Shown: positions 15,199-24,698 of the stretch, one piece after another | Numbering within the stretch: position 1 is the first letter of the stretch | How the letters are laid out: the number at the start of each line of letters is the position of its first letter | Assembly: GCA_964649545.1 (NCBI GenBank) | Contig: CAZYPY010000007.1 | Location: 4,698 to 68,697 of the forward strand | DNA: 64,000 bases | Reading direction: 5' to 3' | Source of the DNA: an uncultured Microthrixaceae bacterium | Lineage (GTDB): Bacteria; Actinomycetota; Acidimicrobiia; Acidimicrobiales; DATDAH01 | The notes under the pieces: generated by a model | What the model was told of the DNA's origin: nothing | The model's input: only the letters and a program-made list of their open reading frames with translations | The model's database searches: none | Position numbers and translations under genes: made by a program

Positions 15199-17838
15199 AT
15201 GTCGCGACCCAAGCTTACGTACGGCGTCCTCGTGGCCGCCGCGGTGGCGCTGCTCGCCGTGCCGACGGCGCGGGCCCAGACCGCGCCGGCGCCCGACGCC
15301 GGCCCCGAGCCCGTGTCGAGCGGTCGCCAGGCCGTCGACGAGCTCGGCGCCGACCTCGCCGACGTGGCCGAGGACTACGGCCTGAGCGCGCAGCAGCTGC
15401 GCAACCGGCTGCTCGCCGACCCCACCCTGGCGGTGGACGACGGGGGCGAGCTGCTCTACGTCGACGAGCCCGCGCCGGGTGAACCGCCGGCGCCGGAGGG
15501 GTCCGTCGAGGCCGACACCGACCCGGCGCCCGCGCCGCCGACCACCGATCCCGCCTTCGACCTCCACAGCCTCCCGGGCGCCGACCACACCATCTACCTG
15601 GACTTCGACGGTCACACCACGACGGGCACCACCTGGAACTCGGCCTACAACCTCCCCACCATCGTCTCCCCTCCTTACGACATCGACGGGTCGGCCGACA
15701 CCTGGTCGGCCACCGAGATCTCCCGCATCGCGCTCGCCTGGGCGTACGTGGCCGAGGACTTCGCCCCCTTCGACGTCGACGTCACCACCGAGGAGCCCCC
15801 GACGGCCGACCTCATGCGCAGTGGCTCGGGCGACACCCGCTGGGGCGTCCGGGTCGTGGTCACCAAGGACACGTGGGCGAGCTGTGGCTGCGGCGGGCAC
15901 GCCTACATCGGCGCCTTCGACGACCCGACCGACGAGCCCGCCTTCGTCTACAACAGCTCGCTCACCGGCGTGGCCGAGGCATCGTCCCACGAGGTCGGCC
16001 ACACGATGAACCTGGCCCACGACGGCCAGGGCACGTCCGCCTACTACGGCGGCCACGGCTCGGGGGCGACGAGTTGGGGCCCGATCATGGGCTCGGCCTA
16101 CAACCGGTCGGTCACGCACTGGAGCCGGGGCGAGTACCTCAACGCCACCAACAACACGTCGAGCGCGAACTACGGGAACGGCCCCGACGACCTCGCCGTC
16201 ATCGCCAGCCTCACCAACGGCAACGGGTTCGGGTTCCGCCCCGACGACCACGGCGACACGATCGCCTCGGCGACCGCGCTCCCCGGCCTCTCACCGGCGG
16301 CGAGCGGGCTCATCACCACGACGCAGGACGTGGACGTGTTCCGGTTCTCCACCGGCGCCGGCACGATCGGCATCCAACTCGACCCGGCGGCGCCCGGCAC
16401 CAACCTCGACATCCGGGCCCGGCTCCTCGACGCCGCCGGCGGCCTCGTCGCCGAGGCGGACAACGCCACCAGCCTGTCGGCGACGCTCGCTGTCGTCGTG
16501 CCCGCCGGCACCTACCACCTGACCGTGGACGGCACCGGCACGGGCAGCCCGCTGGCCACGCCGCCGACCGGCTACACCGAGTACGGGTCGATCGGGCGCT
16601 ACCAGCTGTCGACGACGACCCTTCCGGTCCCGGCGGGCGCCATCACGGGCGCCGTGCGCGACGACGTCACGGGCGCGCCGGTCCCCGGCGCCTGGGTGAT
16701 CGCCGTCGACCGCTCGACGGGCGGGGTCGTGGCGGCGACGGCCGACGGCCTCGGCGCGTTCGCCGCGGCGGTGGCGGCCGGCACGCACCACCTGCTCACC
16801 CTCGACCCGTCGGGCGACCACGCCGGTGAGTGGTTCGACGACCAGGCCCTCGACGGCAGCCCGACCGTGGTCGCGGCCGGCACGACGGGCCTCGAGGTGG
16901 GCCTGGCGCCTTCGGGCAGGACGGCGTCGGTCGCCGGCGTTGTGACCGACGACACCACGGGTGCGCCCCTCGGGGGGATCTGGGTCGCCGCGGTCGGGCC
17001 GTTCCCCGGGTCCTCCGCGCTCGACGGCGGCACCGTGACCGACGGCCAGGGCCGCTACACCATCCCCGGGCTCCAGGCCGGTGACCACCTGCTGGTCTTC
17101 GTGGACCCGACCGGTTCGCACGCGGTGGAGTTCCATCGGGACTCGCCGACGCCCGACGGCTCGACCATGGTCGGCCTGACCGCGGGGACGCAGTCCGACG
17201 TCGACGCCTCGCTCGGCGCGGCCACGGCCGCGCCCCCGGGCGACGCGACCGTGACCGGCCGGGTCACCGAGACCGGGACCGGCGCCCCGATCGCCGGTGC
17301 GTGGGTCGTGGCCCTCGCCACCACCGGCTCGTTCGCGGGGGCCACCACCGCCGACGCCCAGGGTGAGTACCGCCTGGCCGTCCCGCCGGGCGGGTACCAC
17401 CTCGAGTTCATCGACCCCTCGGCGACGCACCGCGGTGAGTGGCACCTCGACACGGCCATCGAGGACCTCGGCGGTGCCGACCAGGTCGTGGTCACCGCGG
17501 CCGGCGCCACCGTCGACGCCGACCTCGACCCGTCCGGGCCGACCGCCGCGCTCGCCGGCACGGTCACCGGCGTCGGCGGGGCGCCGGTGCCGGGCGCGTG
17601 GGTGGTCGTGCTCGACCCCGCCACCGGCGCACTCGTCAAGGGCGCGGTCACCGGCGTGGACGGCACCTACCGCGTCGACGGGCTCACCGCGGGGCCAGCC
17701 CTGGTGGCCTTCCTCGATCCCGCGGGCCTGCACTCGGTCGAGTACCACGACGATGCGGCCGGCTTCGCCGACGCCGACCCCGTGGCGCTCGTCCCCGGCA
17801 CCACCACCTCGCTCCCCGCCGTGCTCGGTCCGGCCTGA
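15199..17838 (+). CDS. Secreted metzincin-type metalloprotease with PPC-like domain and about 4 carboxypeptidase-regulatory-like beta repeats
   Basis: Signal peptide (MSRPK...ARA), HEVGHTMNLAH, Met-turn GPIMG, and repeated GxVTDxxTGAPxxGAWVxA units. Confidence 0.82.
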   Translation: MSRPKLTYGVLVAAAVALLAVPTARAQTAPAPDAGPEPVSSGRQAVDELGADLADVAEDYGLSAQQLRNRLLADPTLAVDDGGELLYVDEPAPGEPPAPEGSVEADTDPAPAPPTTDPAFDLHSLPGADHTIYLDFDGHTTTGTTWNSAYNLPTIVSPPYDIDGSADTWSATEISRIALAWAYVAEDFAPFDVDVTTEEPPTADLMRSGSGDTRWGVRVVVTKDTWASCGCGGHAYIGAFDDPTDEPAFVYNSSLTGVAEASSHEVGHTMNLAHDGQGTSAYYGGHGSGATSWGPIMGSAYNRSVTHWSRGEYLNATNNTSSANYGNGPDDLAVIASLTNGNGFGFRPDDHGDTIASATALPGLSPAASGLITTTQDVDVFRFSTGAGTIGIQLDPAAPGTNLDIRARLLDAAGGLVAEADNATSLSATLAVVVPAGTYHLTVDGTGTGSPLATPPTGYTEYGSIGRYQLSTTTLPVPAGAITGAVRDDVTGAPVPGAWVIAVDRSTGGVVAATADGLGAFAAAVAAGTHHLLTLDPSGDHAGEWFDDQALDGSPTVVAAGTTGLEVGLAPSGRTASVAGVVTDDTTGAPLGGIWVAAVGPFPGSSALDGGTVTDGQGRYTIPGLQAGDHLLVFVDPTGSHAVEFHRDSPTPDGSTMVGLTAGTQSDVDASLGAATAAPPGDATVTGRVTETGTGAPIAGAWVVALATTGSFAGATTADAQGEYRLAVPPGGYHLEFIDPSATHRGEWHLDTAIEDLGGADQVVVTAAGATVDADLDPSGPTAALAGTVTGVGGAPVPGAWVVVLDPATGALVKGAVTGVDGTYRVDGLTAGPALVAFLDPAGLHSVEYHDDAAGFADADPVALVPGTTTSLPAVLGPA

Positions 17839-17898
17839 GCCTCGCCGGGTCGGGGTGTCGACCCGAGCGTCGGGTCCCTCGATCTGTAGACTGAATGT

Positions 17899-18144
17899 AT
17901 GACCGTGGGCTCTACGACGATACGCGTGAGTGTGGAGCAGCGGGAGCGGCTCCGCCGGCTGGCCGACGACCGCCAGGCGACGATGGCGGACACCCTGGAC
18001 GCGGCGTTGGAGTCACTGCGTCGTGAGCGCTTCTACGAGGCGATGGCGGCGGCAGAGGCGGACCTCCGATCGGACCCTGCCGCATGGGAGCGCTACACCC
18101 GCGATCGCGATGCCTGGCTGAACCCCGACCTCACGGCGTCGTGA
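17899..18144 (+). CDS. Type II antitoxin (RHH-like N-terminus), partner of MazF
   Basis: TTIRVSVEQRERLRRLA and an acidic C-terminus; GTGA overlap with the toxin; TAGACT -10 element 6 nt upstream. Confidence 0.75.
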   Translation: MTVGSTTIRVSVEQRERLRRLADDRQATMADTLDAALESLRRERFYEAMAAAEADLRSDPAAWERYTRDRDAWLNPDLTAS

Positions 18145-18479
18145 ACTTCGGCGATGTCGTCACCGTCGACTTCGGGACCCCGGTCGGTTCGGAGGCCGGC
18201 TTCTCCCGGCCGGCCGTGATCGCCACGGCCGATGCGTTCCTGCGCTTCCGGCCCTCGACGGTCTTCGCCGTGCCGCTCACGTCGACTCCACGGACGTTCC
18301 CGAGCCACGTGCCCGTCGAGCCCGACGAGGTGAACGGCCTGGAGGTGCCCAGCTGCGCCCTGGTCGAGCAGCTCCGAGCCGTGGCGGTCGAACGCTGCTC
18401 GCCGGCCCGGGGGAACGTCGGGCCGGTCGTGTCCCACCAGCTCCTCGATGTGCTCGCGATGATCACCGGGATGGCGTGA
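18141..18479 (+). CDS. mazF: PemK/MazF family endoribonuclease toxin
   Basis: GDVVTVDFGTPVGSEAGFSRPAVI, VPLTST and ALVEQLRAV. Confidence 0.9.
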   Translation: MNFGDVVTVDFGTPVGSEAGFSRPAVIATADAFLRFRPSTVFAVPLTSTPRTFPSHVPVEPDEVNGLEVPSCALVEQLRAVAVERCSPARGNVGPVVSHQLLDVLAMITGMA

Positions 18480-18575
18480 GCAGGGGCGCGGCTGAGCAAC
18501 CGTCCTGAGCGATGACCGCGGTCACGGCGCCGGAGACCAGGAAGGGCAACCGCCCGTCGCCGGCCCGGGGCGAAC

Positions 18576-19118
18576 CTACGTCGCCTCGGGCGTCGGGCCG
18601 AAGCGCCGGCGCAGCCGCGCCCGGTTGTCGCGCTGGAGCATGACCGGGTACCCGTTGAGCAGGACGTCGAAGACCAGGGTGAGCGCCGCGGCCGTCCACC
18701 AACCCCGGGCCAGCGCGTGGAGCACGACCCCCAACGTGGCCACGAAGAGCAGGCCGTGCGCGGCCTCGGCGTCGCGCATCCGCTGGTCGAGGTGGGCGAG
18801 CCGCTCGGGGGAGCGCTCGGCGGGAAGGTGCAGGTCGGGGTTGAACACGGCCAGTGGCCCGCGCCGGAGGAGGCGCTTGAACCACCGGACCCCCAGGCGC
18901 TCGTAGAGCCGCCCGTCCTGCTCGACGGGGCGCAACCGGTGGACGGCGTCGGGCAGCCGAGGGCGCCACACACGGCTCACCGTGCCCATCCACGTCATCG
19001 GCACCCACACCACCAGGAAGGCGAAGCCGGCGCTGGCCGGCCCGAGCCACCGAAGTCCGACCACCAGCAGCGCAGCGGCGACCACCGTCGCGACGACGAG
19101 CAGGAGAGCCGAGCGCAC
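18576..19118 (-). CDS. CrtO-like (glycosyl-4,4'-diaponeurosporenoate acyltransferase family) membrane protein
   Basis: GRLYERLGVRWFK, AEAAH and NGYPVMLQRDNRARL resemble the CrtO family pattern. Confidence 0.6.
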   Translation of the reverse strand: MRSALLLVVATVVAAALLVVGLRWLGPASAGFAFLVVWVPMTWMGTVSRVWRPRLPDAVHRLRPVEQDGRLYERLGVRWFKRLLRRGPLAVFNPDLHLPAERSPERLAHLDQRMRDAEAAHGLLFVATLGVVLHALARGWWTAAALTLVFDVLLNGYPVMLQRDNRARLRRRFGPTPEAT

Positions 19119-19234
19119 CCAACGATCATCGCCGCGCCCGGAGGGCCGTGCCGCGACCGGGACCGGACGCGGAGCGGCCCCCGGACCACACGGGGTGTGC
19201 GGATCCGGGGGCCGCTCGGGCGAGCGGTCGAGCG

Positions 19235-19984
19235 TCAGACGCCGGCGCCCACCAGCGCTCGCTCGCCGGCCAACGGCGTCGGGGTGGGGTCCGACAGGGC
19301 CGGGCGCCGGAAGCCCTTGACCGTGAAGTACACGCCGATCGAGAACTCCCAGACGGCGATGGGCAGGACGGCGACCATGGCGGTGCCGCTCACCTGCTCG
19401 TGGGCCCCGAAGAGGGTCGCCAGCACCGAGGTGGTCAGCAGGCCGGCGCCGACCAGCCCGAGGACCGGCAGGCCTCGGGGCACGAGGCGGGCCCGGTAGA
19501 GGATCGGCGCGAGGCACAGCGCGTTGACGGACGCCATGACCCCCGGCCCGAGCAGGAAGCTCCAGTCGTGCACGGCGACCATCGCCGCCGCCGTCGTGGC
19601 GAGGCCCTCGGCGTCCGGACCGAAGTCCTGTCGAAGGGTGTACACCGCGAGGAGGGCGATGATGCCGATGGTGATGACCGCGGCCTCGAGCGTGCGGGAC
19701 GCGACGAAGCCGATCGCGCCGCTGGGACCGTGGCGCCGGATCATCGGGTACAGGGCGATGGCGGTACCGATGCCGGTGAGGCCGGTGAGGACCTCGAAGA
19801 TCGCCCCCCAGAGGATGCCGCCGTCGTCGCCGGCCTGCAGGACGAAGGTCGGGTCGTTGAGGACGCCGTCGTAGAACGCCAGGGCCGGGATCGAGAAGGC
19901 GAACGTCGCCAGGTAGAAGAGGCCGGCAGCCAGGGCGTGCCTGCGCTCGGTGGTCATGCGGGGGTCGGTGCGGTGCGCGGTCAT
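19235..19984 (-). CDS. DUF4386 family membrane protein
   Basis: AAGLFYLATF, ALYPMIRR, FVASRTLEA, LYRARLVPR and WEFSIGVYFTVKGF. Confidence 0.8.
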   Translation of the reverse strand: MTAHRTDPRMTTERRHALAAGLFYLATFAFSIPALAFYDGVLNDPTFVLQAGDDGGILWGAIFEVLTGLTGIGTAIALYPMIRRHGPSGAIGFVASRTLEAAVITIGIIALLAVYTLRQDFGPDAEGLATTAAAMVAVHDWSFLLGPGVMASVNALCLAPILYRARLVPRGLPVLGLVGAGLLTTSVLATLFGAHEQVSGTAMVAVLPIAVWEFSIGVYFTVKGFRRPALSDPTPTPLAGERALVGAGV

Positions 19985-19985
19985 G

Positions 19986-20297
19986 TCAGTGCTCCTGAGG
20001 GCCTCGAGCCGGTGGCTCGTCGTCGGATGGGACGGCCGTGAGCGACACGAGCGGGATCCCGAGGTCACGCAGCTTCTGGAGCAGGCCGTGCAGCGAGGCC
20101 TGGTCCGCCACGGGACCGGCGAGGACGGTGGTGCCGTCCGGCCCGGGGGTGATGGACAGCCCCTCGAACCACGCCGACCAGTGGGTGCCGAGGCGACCCG
20201 CCACCCGGATCTCGTAGTGCGTCCCCGTGTCCCGGGGCCCGTCGTGGGTGCTCACCAGCGGACCGTACGAACGGACCTGGTGAGCGGTCATCACCAC
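19986..20297 (-). CDS. Conserved small hypothetical protein associated with MalT-like regulators
   Basis: YEIRVAGRLGTHWSAWFEGLSIT...TTVLAGPVADQASLHGLLQKLRDLGIPLVS; start is GTG 20297 or 20255. Confidence 0.75.
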   Translation of the reverse strand: MVMTAHQVRSYGPLVSTHDGPRDTGTHYEIRVAGRLGTHWSAWFEGLSITPGPDGTTVLAGPVADQASLHGLLQKLRDLGIPLVSLTAVPSDDEPPARGPQEH

Positions 20298-20320
20298 ATG
20301 TGGTGATCGCGCGTGGTGAT
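20290..20320. promoter_or_regulatory. Perfect 18-bp palindrome plus direct repeat, candidate LuxR/MalT binding site
   Basis: ATCACCACATGTGGTGAT (20290-20307) and a second GTGGTGAT (20313-20320). Confidence 0.6.
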
Positions 20321-20345
20321 CCTCAGCGGTCCGGGCCGGGCAGGA

Positions 20346-23033
20346 CTACAGGCCGAGCTCGGCGGCCCGGGTGACCGCCTCCCGACGGTTGGTGACGCCG
20401 AGCTTCGTGTAGATGTTCCGCGTGTGGGTGCGGAGCGTGTTCAGCGAGACGATGAGCTCGCGGGCGATCTCGGGGCCGCTCTGGTCGCCCCGGAGCAGGT
20501 GGAGGACCTCGAGCTCGCGCTCGCTCAGCGGGTCGACGAGCCCTCGGGCTGACGTCGGCGGTGGGCTCGCCGGCGGGGGCGCGGTCCCGAGCACCGCCCG
20601 GGCCAGCTCGCCGCCGGCGCCACCGGAGGCGGCCGCCACCCTGAGTAGCGGGTCGAGGGCGGGGCGCTCCTCGCGGAACGGACGGGCCCTGCCCTCGGGG
20701 GCCGCGCCGGCGAGGGCATCGGACAGCGCCGCCGTCGCGTCGGCGCGCCGCCCGGCGACGTCGAGCGCCACGGCGAGGGCGACCAGCAGCTCGACGACGC
20801 TGCCGGCCCGGCCGGCGCCCGACGCGGCCGCCCGGAGGCGCTCCAGCAGGTCGACGGCGGCGTCCGCATCACCGCGGGCGAGGAGGACCCGGGCCAGGCT
20901 GGCGTGCTCGTACTCGTGGAGGTACGTCGGCTGGTCGTCCGCCTGCACGCCCGACGCGGCGACCGACCGCCGGGCGCCGTCGAGGTCGCCGGCCGCGACG
21001 AGCGCCCGTGCCCGCATCGCCGTCACCGGGCGCACCGGCGGCGACAGGTCGGTGTCGTAGAGCGGCTCGGCCTCGGTGAGGAGCCGGAGGGCGCCGTCGA
21101 GGTCGCCCCGTGCCCGGCAGAGGCCGGCTGCGGCCACCCGCCGGCGGTACGGGTGCTGGGGCAACCCGGCGGCGTCGCCCAGCGCGAGGGCGGCATCGAG
21201 GTGTCGAGCCGCCGTCTCGACGTCACTGCGCTCGAGGTGGACCTCGCACAAGCCGGCGTGCATGTCGGCGGTGCCGCGCACGACGTCGTGCCTCTGCGCC
21301 AGTTCCAGCCCGGACTCGAAAACGGCGCGGGCGTCATCCAACCGGCCCTGGGCCACCCGCATGTCGGCGAGCGCGATCGAGGCGCCGAGCGCGTCGCTCA
21401 CGTGCCCGGCCGCGGTCAGCTCCGCGATCGCCTCGGTGTGGCGGCGACTGGCTGCGTCGAGGTCGCCCGCCGTCCACCGGGCCAGCCCGAGCAGCGCGGC
21501 GGCGGCGCCCCGGCGGAGGTGGTCGTCGGGCGCGGCGAGGCCGAGGGCGCGTTCGGCGTGCGCCTGGCTCTCGGCGAGGTCACCCGCCACCAGGGCGAGG
21601 GCGGCCCGGTACACGGCCGACTGCGCCGGCAGGCGGCTCAGATCCTCGGTGTGGAACACCACCGCGGCGTCGAGGTCCTCTCCTGGGGCGAACCACCGGT
21701 CGACGTCGGCGAGCACGGACTCGACGCCGTGGACGTCGCCCGAGATCATCCGGGCACCCACGAGCTCCATGCTCAGCACGGGCCGATCGGGGAAGAGCTC
21801 GGGGGGCAGCGCCGTGAGCCAGTTGCGCAGCGTCACCTCCTGGCGGGTCCGCCGCATCATCGGCGCGGCCAGCTCGATCAGGCGGGCGGCGGCCTCGACG
21901 TCGCGGCCGGCCAGCGCGTGGCCGACGGCGGCCGCCGGCTCACCCGCCGCCTCGTACCAGGCGCTCGCTCGCCGGTGCCGCGCGTCGACGTCGCCCGGCG
22001 CCTCGGCGAGGAGTCGGGCGCGAAGCACGTCCGCGAAGAGGTGGTGGTACCGGAACCAGCCGCGCCGGTCGTCGAGGGCGACGAGGAAGAGGTTGGCCCG
22101 ATCGAGGTGGGCGAGCATGGCCCGCCCGTCGTCACGGCCGGTGACGGCGTCGCAGAGCTCGGCCGTGAACCGGTCGAGCACCGACGTCTTGAGCAGGAAC
22201 CGCCGGACGTCCAGCGGTTGTCGCTCGAGCACCTCCTCGGCGAGGTAGTCGACGACGAAGCGGTCGTCGCCGGCGAAGTCGGCGATGAACGCGGCGGGGT
22301 CTTCGCGTCCCTGCATGGACAGGGCGGCGAGCTGGAGGGCGGCGGCCCACCCCTCCGTCCGTGCCTCCAGGGTCTCGACCTGGGTCGGGGTGAGGGTCAG
22401 ACCGGCGGACTCGCCGAAGTAGGCCGTCGCCTCCTCCCGGGTGAAGCGCAGGTCGGCGGCCCGGACCTCGAGCAGCTCGCCCCGCGCCCGCAGCCGGGCC
22501 AGTGGCAACGGTGGGTCAGAACGGCCGGCGAGCACCAGGTGCGCGTTCTCGGGCAGGTGCTCGACGAGGAAGGCGAGCACCTCGTGGATCTCGGGCGCCT
22601 CGATCACGTGGTAGTCGTCGAGCACGAGGAGCACCGGGCCGGGCCGGGCCGCCAGGTGGTTCAGCAGCGCGGCCGCCGCCGCGTCCGGCGCCCCGCCGTC
22701 GACTCCGGTGAGTCCGGCGTCCGGTCCCGTGCCCTCATCGGCCAGGCCCCGCACGGCCGCGGTCAGGTAGGACCAGAACACCGACGGGTCGTTGTCGCCG
22801 GCGTCGAGGGCCAGCCATGCCGTCCTGCGGGCGGGATCGGAGGCGATCAGCTGGCTCAGGAAGGTCGTCTTGCCGAAACCGGCCGGCGCCGACACCAGCA
22901 CCAGTGGCGGCAGCTCACCCCGCGCCCGGTCCGTCAGCCGTCGGCGCTCGACGGTCCCGCGGCGCTGTCGCGGCGGGTGCAGCTTGGTCCTGAGCAGCGG
23001 GGGACCGCCCCCGCGGTCGGCGGACCCGCTCAT
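20346..23033 (-). CDS. MalT-like LuxR-family STAND transcriptional regulator
   Basis: LLRTKLHPP, SAPAGFGKTT, LVLDDYH, TEGWAAALQLAALS, FRYHHLFAD and a C-terminal LuxR HTH (LSERELEVL...TLRTHTRNIYTKL). Confidence 0.93.
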   Translation of the reverse strand: MSGSADRGGGPPLLRTKLHPPRQRRGTVERRRLTDRARGELPPLVLVSAPAGFGKTTFLSQLIASDPARRTAWLALDAGDNDPSVFWSYLTAAVRGLADEGTGPDAGLTGVDGGAPDAAAAALLNHLAARPGPVLLVLDDYHVIEAPEIHEVLAFLVEHLPENAHLVLAGRSDPPLPLARLRARGELLEVRAADLRFTREEATAYFGESAGLTLTPTQVETLEARTEGWAAALQLAALSMQGREDPAAFIADFAGDDRFVVDYLAEEVLERQPLDVRRFLLKTSVLDRFTAELCDAVTGRDDGRAMLAHLDRANLFLVALDDRRGWFRYHHLFADVLRARLLAEAPGDVDARHRRASAWYEAAGEPAAAVGHALAGRDVEAAARLIELAAPMMRRTRQEVTLRNWLTALPPELFPDRPVLSMELVGARMISGDVHGVESVLADVDRWFAPGEDLDAAVVFHTEDLSRLPAQSAVYRAALALVAGDLAESQAHAERALGLAAPDDHLRRGAAAALLGLARWTAGDLDAASRRHTEAIAELTAAGHVSDALGASIALADMRVAQGRLDDARAVFESGLELAQRHDVVRGTADMHAGLCEVHLERSDVETAARHLDAALALGDAAGLPQHPYRRRVAAAGLCRARGDLDGALRLLTEAEPLYDTDLSPPVRPVTAMRARALVAAGDLDGARRSVAASGVQADDQPTYLHEYEHASLARVLLARGDADAAVDLLERLRAAASGAGRAGSVVELLVALAVALDVAGRRADATAALSDALAGAAPEGRARPFREERPALDPLLRVAAASGGAGGELARAVLGTAPPPASPPPTSARGLVDPLSERELEVLHLLRGDQSGPEIARELIVSLNTLRTHTRNIYTKLGVTNRREAVTRAAELGL

Positions 23034-23620
23034 CGCGGGCGGCGCCGGGCCGGCGCGGCGCGCACGTGGATGCGCTCGCCCTCGCGGCTGAGGATGCTGA
23101 GGATCTCCACCGGCCGCGTGCCGGCGGCGCCGAACCAGTGCGGCAACCCGGTGTCGAACTCGGCGACCTCACCGGCCTGCATGGTGACGTCGTGGCCGGG
23201 GAGGATCAGCCGGAGCTCACCGGCCAGGACGTAGAGCCACTCGTAGCCGTCGTGGCTCCGCAGCTGCGGTTCCCCCCGCTCAGGCGGGATCACGACTTTC
23301 CAGGCGTGCATGCCCCGGGGCTGGCGGGTGAGCGGGACGACGATGCGGCCGTTGCGCCGCTGGGGCTTCAGGCGGATCCGGGGGTCGCCCGTCTCCGGGG
23401 CGCCGACGAGCTCGTCGAGCGGGATCCGGTGGGCCTGGGCGATCGGCAGCAGCAGTTCGAGGCTGGGCTTGCGCTGGCCGGACTCGAGGCGGGAGAGGGT
23501 GCTCTTCGAGATCCCGGTCACGGCGGACAGCTCGACCAGGGTCACGTCCCGCTCGTTGCGGATCTGGCGGAGGCGCGGCCCGACCTCGGCGAGGACGGCG
23601 TCGATCTCGGCGTCGGGCAC
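23030..23620 (-). CDS. XRE-family HTH regulator with cupin domain
   Basis: GPRLRQIR, STLSRLESGQRKPSLELL, HDGYEWLYVL and PHWF; ATGA overlap with the MalT-like gene. Confidence 0.9.
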   Translation of the reverse strand: MPDAEIDAVLAEVGPRLRQIRNERDVTLVELSAVTGISKSTLSRLESGQRKPSLELLLPIAQAHRIPLDELVGAPETGDPRIRLKPQRRNGRIVVPLTRQPRGMHAWKVVIPPERGEPQLRSHDGYEWLYVLAGELRLILPGHDVTMQAGEVAEFDTGLPHWFGAAGTRPVEILSILSREGERIHVRAAPARRRPR

Positions 23621-23709
23621 GCGGCGATGCAAGCACGGATTCCCAGGATCGGCAACAAAAGTTGTCACTGCGGAAAATCCGGCGCACGCTGCGGGCGGAG
23701 GTGGTCGAC

Positions 23710-24642
23710 ATGGACGAGGACCGGTACGACGTCGTGGTGGTCGGTGGTGGGGCGGCCGGGTTGAGCGCCGCGCTGGTGCTGGGCCGGGCTCGTCGCCGGG
23801 TGGCGGTGGTCGACGCCGGCCACCCGCGCAACGCCCCGGCCAGCCACATGCAGGGCTTCCTCTCGCGCGACGGGCTGCCGCCGTCCGAGCTGCTGGCCAT
23901 CGGGCGGGAGGAGGTGCAGGCGTACGGCGTCGAGGTCGTCGCCGGCTCGGTCGAGGCGGTCGAGGTGGTCGAGCCGGGCTTCGTGGTCGTCCTCAGGGAC
24001 GCACGCCGCCTCACGGCCCGGCGCCTGCTGGTGGCCACGGGGGCGGGCGACGAGCTGCCCGACCTTCCCGGCGTCCGGGAGCGGTGGGGGCGTGACCTGC
24101 TCCACTGCCCCTACTGCCACGGCTGGGAGGTGCGCGACGAGCCGCTCGGCGTGCTCGGCACCCACCCGCTCGCGGTCCAGCACGCCCTGCTCGTGCGCCA
24201 GTGGTCGGACGACGTCGTCTTCTTCGCCCACGGTCAGGAGGTGGCGGTGGAGGACGAGGCGGCGCTTGCCGCCCGGGGGGTGCGGATCGAGCGGCCCACC
24301 GTCACCCGCCTCGTCGTCGAGGACGACCGCCTGAGGGGCGTCGAGCTGGAGGACGGCCGGGTCGTCGCGCGGTCCGCGTTGTTCGTGCGCCCCGGCGTAC
24401 GACCCCACCCCGACGGGCTGCTCCCCGGTCTCGGCTGCGACCTCGACGTCGAGGGCTTCGCCGTGGTCGACCGGACCGGAGCCACGAGCGTCCCGGGCGT
24501 GTGGGGGGCCGGCAACGCGGTCGATCCACGCGCGCAGGTGATCACCGCCGCGGGCCAGGGCTCGGCCGCCGCCATCGCCATCAACGCCGATCTCGTCCGG
24601 GACGACGTCGAGCGCAGCCTCGCGGCGGCCTCGGTCGGCTGA
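23710..24642 (+). CDS. Thioredoxin reductase-like NAD(P)/FAD oxidoreductase
   Basis: VVGGGAAG, HCPYCHG and TSVPGVWGAGN; divergent from the XRE-cupin gene. Confidence 0.9.
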   Translation: MDEDRYDVVVVGGGAAGLSAALVLGRARRRVAVVDAGHPRNAPASHMQGFLSRDGLPPSELLAIGREEVQAYGVEVVAGSVEAVEVVEPGFVVVLRDARRLTARRLLVATGAGDELPDLPGVRERWGRDLLHCPYCHGWEVRDEPLGVLGTHPLAVQHALLVRQWSDDVVFFAHGQEVAVEDEAALAARGVRIERPTVTRLVVEDDRLRGVELEDGRVVARSALFVRPGVRPHPDGLLPGLGCDLDVEGFAVVDRTGATSVPGVWGAGNAVDPRAQVITAAGQGSAAAIAINADLVRDDVERSLAAASVG

Positions 24643-24698
24643 TCGACCGACCGGGCAACGGCTGGGAGGATGGTGCGAGCGAGCAGAGAGGAGCGTCG

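Noticed and set aside
20904-23234. 776-aa plus-strand ORF
   Set aside because: Mirror frame of the MalT-like regulator.
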